From positions 1 to 64,000 of the forward strand of contig JBBRPR010000007.1 of the NCBI GenBank assembly GCA_038227875.1: a stretch of 64,000 nucleotides of DNA, in the 5' to 3' direction. The notes beneath the pieces are model-generated. The model was given only the letters and a program-made list of their open reading frames with translations, was not told the origin of the DNA and made no database searches. This stretch comes from Planctomycetota bacterium (GTDB taxonomy: Bacteria > Planctomycetota > SZUA-567 > H5-PLA8). The translations under genes were made by a program, and so were the position numbers. Each line of letters opens with the position of its first letter. Position 1 is the first letter of the stretch. This document shows positions 1 to 9,100 of the stretch, piece after piece.

Positions 1-2
1 AC

Positions 3-1526
3 AATCTGATTCTATTCCCGCTGCGGCACCGTCACGCGATTCATAACGCCATATATTTTGAGAATCAATCCGCGCCGTTCACACTTTCCCGCGCCGATTT
101 ATCTGAGACTCACAACGCTGAAGTACGTGATTCCCGACAGCCGTACCTCGAACGCAACGGCGGCAAGACGCAGGACTGGTACTACAAGAAACCGGATTCA
201 AACTGGAACACCGTCTGCAACGGTGGCGCAGGCATGTTGGCACTGGCCATGTATGAGCACTGTCCCGAAGCGGCGCGCGTACTGGAACTCGTAGAGCAGG
301 GCGTGGCACCGTACTTTGAGTCGATGAGCGCGGATGGTGGCTGGCCGGAAGGCATCGGCTACTGGAACTACGGCATGCGGTACGGTTTCATGTACCTGCT
401 CAGCCACGAGCGGGCGACGGGCGCGAAGCATCCGCTGATGGAGCGCGCCCCGACGCAGGCCACGCTCCTTTTTCCGCTGCTCTTTTCTCCTCACAACGAG
501 CCGTGCAGTTTCGGCGACGTCAATTCGTTCAGTCCACTTCCGTTTCACCTGGCGGTGGCGGAGCGATTCGGGCGCTGGGACATTGTCGCGGAACTACTGC
601 GGCGTCCGATGGCCCACGGCGGCTGCTGGCCGGATGAAGCCGAACTGCTTCTGTTTCATCCGCGCGGCCAATTGCCGACTGCGGCAACCCCGGAATGGAA
701 ACGCGCAGGTCTGATCGACGGCTTGGAGTGGGGCTATGCGGCCGATCGCATGCCCAACTCGTCCGTCTATTTCTCAGTCCGCGGCGGAACGACGAAAGTT
801 CCGCACAGCCATCTCGATTTGCTCACTTTCTACTGCGTAGTCGGCGACGAGAGGCTGATCGACAACACGAACATCTCGGAGTATCACGACTCGACGTTCG
901 GCCCACGCCGATTCGAGCTCTACGAAAATGCGTCGGAATCCAAAAACGGCATTTTTATCAACGGTCTCGGAATCACTCAGGATTCGACGGTGGCCACGAC
1001 GCTTGTGTCCGGAAAGGGATTTTGCGGATACCGGATCGACGCGACTGAAGCGATGGGCCGCTCTTACGATGGTCCGGCCGCGACGTTCTGCTGCCGGACA
1101 ATTTTGCTCATCGACGGTTTTGGCGTGCTGGTGTGTGACCGCATTGAACTTCCGTTTCCAGGATTGATGGAATCCCGACTGCATACATACAGTCAGCTTG
1201 AAATCGAGAGCAGCCAGGCCGTAATCCGCGGTCAGCGGCAACAGCTTCATTTGTCGTTCGCCGCATCGCATCCGGATGGACTCAAACGTGGCGAGGGCTT
1301 GCCTACTGTCGCCGCACACACGCCCGACACCATCTTGCGGCATTACGTTCAGGAAAAACTGAGAGCCGCCACACTTTGCGCCTTTCTGTCTCCAACTGGT
1401 AAGGGCAGCGTGAGACTAACCGTAAACGGCAATACCACCCAAATCGCCCTGGCCACATCCACGACAAAGACATCCGTCGAATTGTCCGCGCGCATGGATC
1501 GCATTGAAATCGTGAGCGGCAATTGA
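3..1526 (+). CDS. Heparinase II/III-family (polysaccharide lyase-like) protein, 5' partial
   Basis: Frame of ORF 234..1526 is open back to position 3 and adds WYYKKPDSNWNTVCNGGAG; DGGWPEGIGYWNYG and HSHLD motifs are typical of the family. Confidence 0.75.
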   Translation, partial: NLILFPLRHRHAIHNAIYFENQSAPFTLSRADLSETHNAEVRDSRQPYLERNGGKTQDWYYKKPDSNWNTVCNGGAGMLALAMYEHCPEAARVLELVEQGVAPYFESMSADGGWPEGIGYWNYGMRYGFMYLLSHERATGAKHPLMERAPTQATLLFPLLFSPHNEPCSFGDVNSFSPLPFHLAVAERFGRWDIVAELLRRPMAHGGCWPDEAELLLFHPRGQLPTAATPEWKRAGLIDGLEWGYAADRMPNSSVYFSVRGGTTKVPHSHLDLLTFYCVVGDERLIDNTNISEYHDSTFGPRRFELYENASESKNGIFINGLGITQDSTVATTLVSGKGFCGYRIDATEAMGRSYDGPAATFCCRTILLIDGFGVLVCDRIELPFPGLMESRLHTYSQLEIESSQAVIRGQRQQLHLSFAASHPDGLKRGEGLPTVAAHTPDTILRHYVQEKLRAATLCAFLSPTGKGSVRLTVNGNTTQIALATSTTKTSVELSARMDRIEIVSGN

Positions 1527-1545
1527 CTCCCACGTGCTGGCGTTA

Positions 1546-3093
1546 CTATTTCACGGTCGCAATTGCGAATGTAATTTCGCGGGTGTGAGCGGTTCCGAAG
1601 ATCGCGAATTTCTGAGCGATGTTGGGGTGCTTGTTGAGGAAATCCTCGCGGACGATCAAGACGTGGTCGGGCGGGAAAACACTGCTGCTCAGTTGTGCTT
1701 GCGGGCATTCCAGGATTTCTTCGTTGGGTCGATCGAAGTACCAGACAGCTTCGTGGATATCCAGGCCGCAGATCACCACCGGGCGTCCGGCGGAGAGTTC
1801 GTCCATGTGGCGGTAGAATTCGGGGCGGGCATAAAAGCGTTCGCGTGCCGGACGGATGAAAAGTTCCAGGCCAAGGGTCAGTAGCACAGCTCCGGCGAGA
1901 ATCGCGTAGGCCACTCGGTAGCGTTCCGGTTTATGCGTTACAGGTGCCTCGTCTGCCTCGGGGCGGAAGAATGCAGCGTCCAGTGCCCAAACCAGGTACA
2001 GCGACAGATACGGATAGAGCGGGACGAGGTAGACGGAGCGTTTGTTGATCGACAATCCGAACGCGGCGAACGGAAGCAGCAACGCACAGATTACGAAGCG
2101 AGCGTCATTGGTGAGCGCCCCTTTGGGTAGCGCGCGCCAGGCTCGGAAGGAACAGCCCAGCGCCACGGGCAGGAGGATGACCCACGGAAGAAACGCGTCG
2201 CCGAGCGACCAGATGTAGAACAGATACGGCCACGGATGGCCGTCGGCGCCTTCGACTTCAACGAAGCGATCAAAATTCTGGGTGGTGAAGAAGCGGTAGA
2301 CGTCGTCGCTGTAGCCGTGGCGCGCAAGATAGACGAACCACCAGAGCCCGATCGCCAGCGAAAGCGGCACGCCCCACCACACGCCGGCATGTTTCAGGAT
2401 GGCTCCGCGGCGCAACCAGAACAGGTATGCGAGCATCGGGACTACGGCGAAGACTGCGACAAGCACCGGCCCTTTGGTCATGCAGGCGAAACCGAGGCAG
2501 GCGTAAAATCCGAGCAGCGGAAACAAGGCACGGCCTCCCCCGCTCTCCCCGGCCTGCTTGCTTTCCATCCGTGGGATCAGTCGGTCGACGGCGATCAGGA
2601 AGCAGAACCACGCCCAGACAAGAAACGCAGTGAGCGTCATGTCGGTCAGCAGTTCGCGCGCGATTTCATGAAAGCGGTGCGCGGTGACCTGGACAATCGC
2701 AGCCATGAATCCGAAGCGGGCGTCACGGATGCGTCGGCCGATCAGGAATGTTCCAAGCGCGGCGAGCAGGCCCATGAAAATCGGGCCGATGTGAAGCGCG
2801 GTGAGCATCGACATGCCCAGCGCCATGCCGGCGGCAGCACCGGCGACGAGCACCCAGTAGATCATGATGGGTTTAACGAGACGCGGCTGGGTATTGAAGG
2901 TGGGGAGAAGTTTGTCGCCGCCACGGATCATGGCGCGGGCTGAGGCCGCATAAAGTGGTTCGTCGGGATTGGAGACGGATTGGTTCTGGATGCCCCACGG
3001 AGTGATCACGAGATAGATGGTTAGCAGCAGGCCGGAATAGAACCACACGCGATCATTCGGTTGACTCACCGGGCTGTGTTCGTCGGGCATCAA
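1546..3093 (-). CDS. ArnT/PMT-like GT-C membrane glycosyltransferase
   Basis: PDEPLYA...KPIMIYW, DMTLTAF, TKGPV, HPWPYLFY, KRSVYLVPLYP motifs; many TM segments. Confidence 0.85.
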   Translation of the reverse strand: MMPDEHSPVSQPNDRVWFYSGLLLTIYLVITPWGIQNQSVSNPDEPLYAASARAMIRGGDKLLPTFNTQPRLVKPIMIYWVLVAGAAAGMALGMSMLTALHIGPIFMGLLAALGTFLIGRRIRDARFGFMAAIVQVTAHRFHEIARELLTDMTLTAFLVWAWFCFLIAVDRLIPRMESKQAGESGGGRALFPLLGFYACLGFACMTKGPVLVAVFAVVPMLAYLFWLRRGAILKHAGVWWGVPLSLAIGLWWFVYLARHGYSDDVYRFFTTQNFDRFVEVEGADGHPWPYLFYIWSLGDAFLPWVILLPVALGCSFRAWRALPKGALTNDARFVICALLLPFAAFGLSINKRSVYLVPLYPYLSLYLVWALDAAFFRPEADEAPVTHKPERYRVAYAILAGAVLLTLGLELFIRPARERFYARPEFYRHMDELSAGRPVVICGLDIHEAVWYFDRPNEEILECPQAQLSSSVFPPDHVLIVREDFLNKHPNIAQKFAIFGTAHTREITFAIATVK

Positions 3094-3509
3094 TCGTCCT
3101 TGCGCGCTTTAGCGAGGGCTGCTTCAAATGTCTGGAGCCACTCGGCTTGTTGGGAGGGAGTCAGGACTAGTTCATGAATGACGTCCAGATTTCTGGCATC
3201 CCGGGTAAACGCCAGCCGAACGCCGACATCTGACCGCCGGGCATATCCAGAACAATGATCGCGAAAAAACGTCACGAAGAATTGATACGCCACGCCACCG
3301 ATAAGAACCCACGGCGTGTCCAGTCGGTCTTCCAACGCAGCGGTGAATCTCTCCGCCAGCACCGTAAACATTTCTTCGCCGAGCGGGTATGCCGCTCCAC
3401 CGCACTGAAGCACTGCTTCGCAGTTCCATTTGCTTTCAACGAAAAACGCCAGGCTGCCGTTCTCTGCGGTCAAGGTGACGGTGGCTGGCATCAACGTGAA
3501 CCCCTGCAT
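3090..3509 (-). CDS. Hypothetical protein
   Basis: 139 aa ORF; stop overlaps the ArnT-like start (ATGA coupling). Confidence 0.6.
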   Translation of the reverse strand: MQGFTLMPATVTLTAENGSLAFFVESKWNCEAVLQCGGAAYPLGEEMFTVLAERFTAALEDRLDTPWVLIGGVAYQFFVTFFRDHCSGYARRSDVGVRLAFTRDARNLDVIHELVLTPSQQAEWLQTFEAALAKARKDD

Positions 3510-3677
3510 TCCTCATTACTACTAAATTGTGTATCCCTTATTAGAGGACTGGCATCAACAATTGCAAAATTGTAAGAATGCCAGAGACGACGAGGCACTT
3601 TGGCACCCGTTTGAAACTTCCGACTAGTGATTTTCATTTCCGCATCCGCGAATCCGATCAGGGAGGTGATTAATAAC

Positions 3678-3704
3678 TAAACATACGCGTGGACAAGTCG
3701 ATGG
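3678..3704 (+). promoter_or_regulatory. Putative sigma28 (FliA)-type promoter
   Basis: TAAA-N15-GTCGATGG vs consensus TAAA-N15-GCCGATAA, just upstream of SD AGGAGG and ATG 3724. Confidence 0.55.
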
Positions 3705-3723
3705 AGTGTGCAGGAGGAACACC

Positions 3724-3918
3724 ATGACCATCGCAAGCAGTGCGGGAATAACCGGGCCAGCCCCGGCGCAAGTCCAACAGGTGAAGCCGCCTGACAGCGA
3801 CGGCGATAATGATGGGGACAAAGGCCCCAAGAAGGCCGCCGGCAACAATGCAGCTCCAACACCGCCGCCGCCCGATGCAACGACGGGAGCGGGACAAAAG
3901 CTGAACGTTTATGCATAG
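3724..3918 (+). CDS. Small low-complexity protein (DGDNDGD, C-terminal GQKLNVYA)
   Basis: Strong SD AGGAGG; hairpin at about 3923-3960 after the stop. Confidence 0.65.
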   Translation: MTIASSAGITGPAPAQVQQVKPPDSDGDNDGDKGPKKAAGNNAAPTPPPPDATTGAGQKLNVYA

Positions 3919-4185
3919 CAAATTTCTGCTCGAGTGCCCGGAAAGTGGCTCGAGCGGAAACTTATTTCAAATCCCTTCCAGCGTCCGGTTATATTCACAG
4001 TAATTCGTACACCTCTTCACTTTTCCCCTATGTCCAGCCTTGTCAACCGTCGGGATAACATCGCTTTCTGCGGTTCCATGTGTTCTCCTAATTAATGTTG
4101 ATTACCTTTGGAACAGAGCTATCGTTTTTAGGTCCCCAAGGATTTGTGCCTTGGGCCTTTTTGTGTCTGGGAGGCAGGAGTAAAC

Positions 4186-5199
4186 ATGAGCAAGAAAGCG
4201 TCGGCTCCGAGTGATAAAAAAGTTAAGATCGCATTCATTGGCAGTGGCGGCATCATGAACTGGCACGTGGACCGGCTGAAGGGTACGCAGAGCGAAATCG
4301 TGGCGCTGGCGGACACCAGCAAGCAGTCCATCGCCAACATCAAGGGCCGGCAACCGCATCTTAAGGACGTCCCGGAATTTGAAGACTGGGAAGAGATGCT
4401 GAAAGAAGTGGAGCTCGACGCGATCGAAATCGGCTCGCCCCACACCGTCCATTACGAACAGATTTGCGCCGCGCTGGACAAGGGTCTGCATGTCCTGTGC
4501 GAAAAGCCGATGACCTGTTCCTCGGCCGACGCCCGCGACGTGATCGCGCGCGCCAAGAAAGCCAAGAAGATTGTCTCGATCTCCTACCAGCGCCACTACC
4601 AGGGCGGCTACCGCTACCTGAAGGAAATCGTCGACTCCGGCAAGCTCGGCAAGATCGAATACGTCGCCGCGTTCCAGGCTCAGGAATGGCTGAAGGCCAC
4701 CAAGGGCACCTGGCGCCAGACCAAGAAGCTTTCCGGCGGCGGACAGTTGAACGATTCCGGCTCACACTTGATGGACATGCTGATGTGGACGACCGGACTG
4801 CAGGCGGAAGAAGTGAGCGCGAAGATGGAAAACTTCGGCACGGAAGTCGACATCAACGCGGCGCTGAACGTGAAGTTCACCAGCGGCGCGCTGGGTACGG
4901 TCTCGGTGATCGGAAATGCGCCCTGCTGGCACGAAGACTTCACGATTTTCGGATCGGAAGGCGCGCTCTACAACCGCAATGGCAAGATCTCCTATCAGCA
5001 GGGATTCAACCAGCCGATCGTCGACGTGGTTCACACGCGCGATTGGATGGACCCCGACAAGAATTTCGTCGGCGCGATCCTGGGGCAGTGCGAGAACGGT
5101 TGTCCTCCGGAAATTGGACTGCGCGTCATCGAAATCACGGAAGCGGCGTGGCGCAGCAATGAAAAGAACGGTCAGCCGGTCAAAGTCGAACGTAGCTGA
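4186..5199 (+). CDS. Gfo/Idh/MocA-family oxidoreductase
   Basis: IGSGGI Rossmann motif, HVLCEKPM, GGGQLNDSGSH; SD AGGAG. Confidence 0.92.
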   Translation: MSKKASAPSDKKVKIAFIGSGGIMNWHVDRLKGTQSEIVALADTSKQSIANIKGRQPHLKDVPEFEDWEEMLKEVELDAIEIGSPHTVHYEQICAALDKGLHVLCEKPMTCSSADARDVIARAKKAKKIVSISYQRHYQGGYRYLKEIVDSGKLGKIEYVAAFQAQEWLKATKGTWRQTKKLSGGGQLNDSGSHLMDMLMWTTGLQAEEVSAKMENFGTEVDINAALNVKFTSGALGTVSVIGNAPCWHEDFTIFGSEGALYNRNGKISYQQGFNQPIVDVVHTRDWMDPDKNFVGAILGQCENGCPPEIGLRVIEITEAAWRSNEKNGQPVKVERS

Positions 5200-5221
5200 A
5201 CGAGTTTGATGGCGAAAAAGG

Positions 5222-5254
5222 AGCCGCGGCGATTTATTCGCCGCGGCTTTTTTA
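5222..5254 (+). terminator. Intrinsic terminator (REP-like hairpin)
   Basis: AGCCGCGGCGA-tttat-TCGCCGCGGCT followed by a T run; preceded by an A run. Confidence 0.75.
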
Positions 5255-5417
5255 TTATCGTAATTCAATCCATTCGTGTCTCTGAAATTCGGTCAACATC
5301 CCTTGCGGTTTTTCAGAGACAAAGTCATGGCTCATCAGGGGTTCCATTTACAATTTTATATTGGAGCTCGATTTGCTCCGAACATTTGTCGGCGTCGGAG
5401 CGATAGGGAGATCACAA

Positions 5418-6044
5418 ATGCAGCCGTCTTCTGATGGAATTCCCCAAGTGGTCTGGAACGAACTGGGGCCTCGCGATCATTTCTGTCAGTTCTACGATCA
5501 GGATGAAACTCTGCTCGATACCGTGGAGGGTTTTCTGGGCCCGGGAATGGAGTGCGGCGACAGCGCAATCATCATTGCCACCACACCGCATCTGGTGGCG
5601 CTGGAGCAACGGTTTCGCGATCGGGGAATAGACATCGATCAAGCCATGGCCTGCGACCAGTACATGGCGCTCGACGCGGCGGAGACGCTGGCGAAGTTCA
5701 TGAACAAAGGCTGGCCGGATCAGGGCACATTTCTGGAAGTCGTCCACGAGATCATCGCGCGCGCCTCGGCCGGCAACCGCCGTGTTCGCGCTTTTGGTGA
5801 AATGGTGTCGTTGCTGTGGGAGTCCGGGAACAAAACCGCGACGATCCGGCTTGAAAAGCTGTGGAACGATCTGGGCAGGGCTGAAAAGTTTTCCTTGTTC
5901 TGTGCGTACCCCGCCACGGCGTTCAGCGCCGTGGGTTGCCAGGGATCGCTCAACGACATTCACGCCGCACATTCGCGCGTTATCTCCGCGACGGGAGAAT
6001 TTGAAAGTTTGGTAGCGAGGAAACGGATCGCCCAACAGTCCTGA
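5418..6044 (+). CDS. Stand-alone MEDS (DcmR-like) sensory domain protein
   Basis: HFCQFY, VRAFGEMVSLLW, LEKLWNDL, LFCAYP motifs; SD GGGAG. Confidence 0.85.
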   Translation: MQPSSDGIPQVVWNELGPRDHFCQFYDQDETLLDTVEGFLGPGMECGDSAIIIATTPHLVALEQRFRDRGIDIDQAMACDQYMALDAAETLAKFMNKGWPDQGTFLEVVHEIIARASAGNRRVRAFGEMVSLLWESGNKTATIRLEKLWNDLGRAEKFSLFCAYPATAFSAVGCQGSLNDIHAAHSRVISATGEFESLVARKRIAQQS

Positions 6045-6064
6045 ACTTTCGAATTTAAGGCGTG

Positions 6065-6091
6065 AGCCGCGGCGATTTTGTCGCGGCTTTT
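6065..6091 (+). terminator. Hairpin terminator related to the 5222 hairpin
   Basis: AGCCGCGGC-gatttt-GTCGCGGCT followed by a short T run. Confidence 0.6.
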
Positions 6092-6142
6092 GTTGCTGCC
6101 CGTAAACTTTACACCTTTTCCACGCTGCGGTAGAGTTCGGGC

Positions 6143-6346
6143 ATGGAAAAGAAACCGCCCGGGCCCTTTGCACTAATTATGGAGCTTGGACAGAGCATGC
6201 TGCGGTGGCTCTTTCCCGATCACACGCCCCATGAATTCAAGAACAGGACGTTTCTCTGCGATGAGTGCAAGTACAACGATAGCCGCAATTGCAGCCGACC
6301 CGATCGCCCGAATGCTGTGAAGTGTCCCGACTACAAGAAGCAGTAG
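6143..6346 (+). CDS. Small Cys-rich protein, possible Zn binder
   Basis: CDECKYNDSRNCSRPDRPNAVKCPDY with four Cys. Confidence 0.6.
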   Translation: MEKKPPGPFALIMELGQSMLRWLFPDHTPHEFKNRTFLCDECKYNDSRNCSRPDRPNAVKCPDYKKQ

Positions 6347-6452
6347 TCGTTATTTGTGTAAAATTTACAACAACGTCGCCACTTCTAACCTGATGCCTTC
6401 AAAAAGGTCTACGTTTCACCGGGGAATACCAACGGACAGCAGGACGAGTGGA

Positions 6453-6478
6453 ACCTTTGTGCCTTTGGGCACAAAGGT
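6453..6478 (-). terminator. Hairpin downstream of ligD-pol
   Basis: ACCTTTGTGCC-tttg-GGCACAAAGGT, 11 bp stem just past the stop. Confidence 0.5.
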
Positions 6479-6489
6479 ATGCCGCCCTG

Positions 6490-7407
6490 TTACGCGAGGA
6501 CTTTCGGGATTTTCTGTTTCAAGCTCAACACCGGTTCAAATAGATCGCCGAACTTCTTTACCCGCGCCACGACAGCGGGTGCTTCAAACGAGAGCAGCTC
6601 GGGCTTGTCCGCTTTCAAGGCCGCTTCGACTTCCTTCCACGTGACCGGAGTCGAAACCGTGGGGTGTTCGCGGGCGCGCATTGAATAGACATTTACCGTG
6701 GTTTTGTGCATGTCGTTCTGGCTCCAATCGATAAATACTTTGTTCGTGCGCAGCGCTTTCTTCATGTTGGAGACCACGTCCTCGGGATGTTCGCGCTCCA
6801 ATTCCTGCGCGAGGGCATGCGCGAATTCCTTCGTGCCGTCGTAGGTCGCCGCGGTATTGAGCGGCACGTAAATCTGGAGACCTTTGGACCCTGACGTTTT
6901 GGGAAAGGACTTCAACTTCATCGCCTCGAATTTCTCGCGCAGCCACAGACCGACGCGGGCGCATTTCAGAATTGTGGCTGGCGGGCCTGGATCGAGATCG
7001 AAAGCAATCGCGGTGGGACGTTCATTGCGCGGTGCTTTCGCCAAAGACGTGTGCAGTTCAATCGCGGCGAGGTTGGCGGCCCAAACCAGCGCTGGGAGCG
7101 AATCGATGACGCAGTAGTTCACGTCGCGCTGATTGCCTTCGCTCCACATGGGCGCGGTGCGAATCCAATCCGGCCGATTTGCAGAGCAATTCTTTTCGTA
7201 AAAGAACATGCCCCCCGATCCGTCGGGGTAGCGCTTCAGCGTGACCATCCGGCTCTTCAAGTGAGGCAAGATTGCTGGAGCAATGTCAGTGTAGTACTGG
7301 ATCATCTGTCCCTTGGTAAAACCGGTCTGGGCATAAAATACTTTCTCAAGATTGGTAAGCCGAAGAGACTTGCCGGCGATATCCACTTCGACCGCTGTTT
7401 TCATCAC
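6490..7407 (-). CDS. ligD: NHEJ LigD polymerase (primase-polymerase) domain, stand-alone
   Basis: LTNLEKVFY, RYPDG, FFYEKN, FDLDPGP, KTSGSKGLQIYVP, FIDWSQN, VSTPVTW. Confidence 0.92.
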   Translation of the reverse strand: MMKTAVEVDIAGKSLRLTNLEKVFYAQTGFTKGQMIQYYTDIAPAILPHLKSRMVTLKRYPDGSGGMFFYEKNCSANRPDWIRTAPMWSEGNQRDVNYCVIDSLPALVWAANLAAIELHTSLAKAPRNERPTAIAFDLDPGPPATILKCARVGLWLREKFEAMKLKSFPKTSGSKGLQIYVPLNTAATYDGTKEFAHALAQELEREHPEDVVSNMKKALRTNKVFIDWSQNDMHKTTVNVYSMRAREHPTVSTPVTWKEVEAALKADKPELLSFEAPAVVARVKKFGDLFEPVLSLKQKIPKVLA

Positions 7408-7590
7408 GAGCTCCTTATTTCAAGACTGCAATTGGGTCTGAATATATCGCGAAACCCGCCCGGGTAAGTCACGGCCCTCGTTTTGCAATTCGCGCTCCAG
7501 TGGCGACTTGAAATGTACAAAGATTCATAACCCAACGGCACAACCTTTGTACTTACCCCATCCGTCAGGTTGTTGGATGGAGGCATTAAA

Positions 7591-8193
7591 ATGCACAAGC
7601 AAACACATTTCACACTTCTGCTCGCTGTTTCATTCTGCGGAATTCTATCAATCGCCGGTGCAAGTGACGCCATGGTGGTACGTTCTGGGAGCGGTGCCGA
7701 GGTGCATGTAGCTCTTGACGCGAACACACGACCGGTGACGTGGTCGGCTTCCATAGCTGATGCGCAGCGTATAGCGACCGAAAAGCAGAGACCGTTTATC
7801 ATATACTTCTGCCCGGCAGATCTGGCGGCGGTTGCAGGTGGTGATGAGCAAGCCTTCTCGGACTACCGAAAATCGCACAGTGGCGATTCGCCCGATTGGA
7901 CGGTTTTCGATTCGCCTCGCATGACCGCCGAAATGAATAAAATCGGTATCGCAGCATACGTCAAAATCGCAGACACGGCCGGCAATGCGAAACTTTTGGC
8001 CCGATATGGCGTAAAGCCTGGGACGGCGGGCGGCACACTGGTCTACTGTACTCCCGAGGGTGAAGCGTTTACCCGTTCAGGTGCGTCGCAGGAAGACGTA
8101 CTCGACGCAATCTTCTCGCTTCATGAACGCTACGTGGATTGGCGCGATCGAGACACCAACGTTGCACTGGCAGACGACATGCGGTTTCGTTGA
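7591..8193 (+). CDS. Secreted hypothetical protein, possibly thioredoxin-like fold
   Basis: SD GGAGG; signal peptide; W...A...A..KQRPFIIYF pattern. Confidence 0.6.
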   Translation: MHKQTHFTLLLAVSFCGILSIAGASDAMVVRSGSGAEVHVALDANTRPVTWSASIADAQRIATEKQRPFIIYFCPADLAAVAGGDEQAFSDYRKSHSGDSPDWTVFDSPRMTAEMNKIGIAAYVKIADTAGNAKLLARYGVKPGTAGGTLVYCTPEGEAFTRSGASQEDVLDAIFSLHERYVDWRDRDTNVALADDMRFR

Positions 8194-8260
8194 GCTACCA
8201 GCGGTTTGACAGCAGAGCGCTCAAGGGTTATGAACCCTTCATAAAGACCGGGAGCGCTCG

Positions 8261-9100
8261 ATGAAGATTTTCAAAGTCTTACCCGACCTGAAAAAACGTC
8301 GTCACATGACCTTGTGGCATAAAGCATTGCGCGCGCAATGGTCCGCAGAAGATTTAAACTGGAGCGCGCCACACCGGCTTACTTCGGATACCACAAAAGA
8401 CAGCTTGGCTCGTATTCTTACTCCCATTTTGATGGGCGAGCAGTCAGCGCTCTATTCCGTTTCCGCGTTGATTCCCATTCTTGGCAAGACCTCCGAAGTC
8501 GAAAGCCAGTTTTACCTGACCACCTGGGCGGTGGATGAAGCGCGCCACACGGAATTGTTCGCGCGCTTTTATCAGCGCATCGAACGCGAACCGCTCCCAA
8601 TTCGGCGTTTCCCCAGCGGGTATCTCTTCCAGAGCACGATCGTCTCCAACGAACCGGCGGAGTGGCTGGCGGGCGTGCTGGTCAGCGAATGCATGGCGAA
8701 AATCGCTGTGGAAGAATTCAAGCGTTTGGATATCGATCCGGTGTTGAGCGAAATTTCGCGTGGCATCCTCGAGGACGAAGCGCGGCATCTCGCGTTCAAT
8801 CACATCTACCTGGAAGACCGTTTCAGCGAGCTCTACCAAAAAAGCGCGACGGACGGGAAGACGTTCAGCGAGCATCTCCGTCAGCGCATGGAAAATGTGC
8901 TCGCCACGGTGCCGGCGATTCTGAATGCGCTTGAACCGGATTTGAAGCAGGTTGGCATGTCACGCGAGTCGATGTTCGACCGCCTCAAGACCGACGCGAT
9001 GCAGCGGCTGGACCGCAGCATTACGGCTGGAGCCAACGTAGCTTCCGGCAGCGCGTCCGGAAAATTTGAAGACAAGATCGAGCGCGCGATTACGCCGTGA
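8261..9100 (+). CDS. Ferritin-like diiron-carboxylate enzyme (AurF/desaturase-like superfamily)
   Basis: Two E...DExRH sets: GEQSA...VDEARH and SECMA...EDEARH. Confidence 0.85.
   Translation: MKIFKVLPDLKKRRHMTLWHKALRAQWSAEDLNWSAPHRLTSDTTKDSLARILTPILMGEQSALYSVSALIPILGKTSEVESQFYLTTWAVDEARHTELFARFYQRIEREPLPIRRFPSGYLFQSTIVSNEPAEWLAGVLVSECMAKIAVEEFKRLDIDPVLSEISRGILEDEARHLAFNHIYLEDRFSELYQKSATDGKTFSEHLRQRMENVLATVPAILNALEPDLKQVGMSRESMFDRLKTDAMQRLDRSITAGANVASGSASGKFEDKIERAITP

Noticed and set aside
3550..3566. Sigma54-like TGGCAT...TTGCA
   Set aside because: GG-to-GC spacing is 11 rather than the required 10.
6490..7407. Prim-pol of a mobile or defence element
   Set aside because: Motifs are those of an ordinary stand-alone NHEJ LigD-Pol; Ku and ligase genes are often unlinked.
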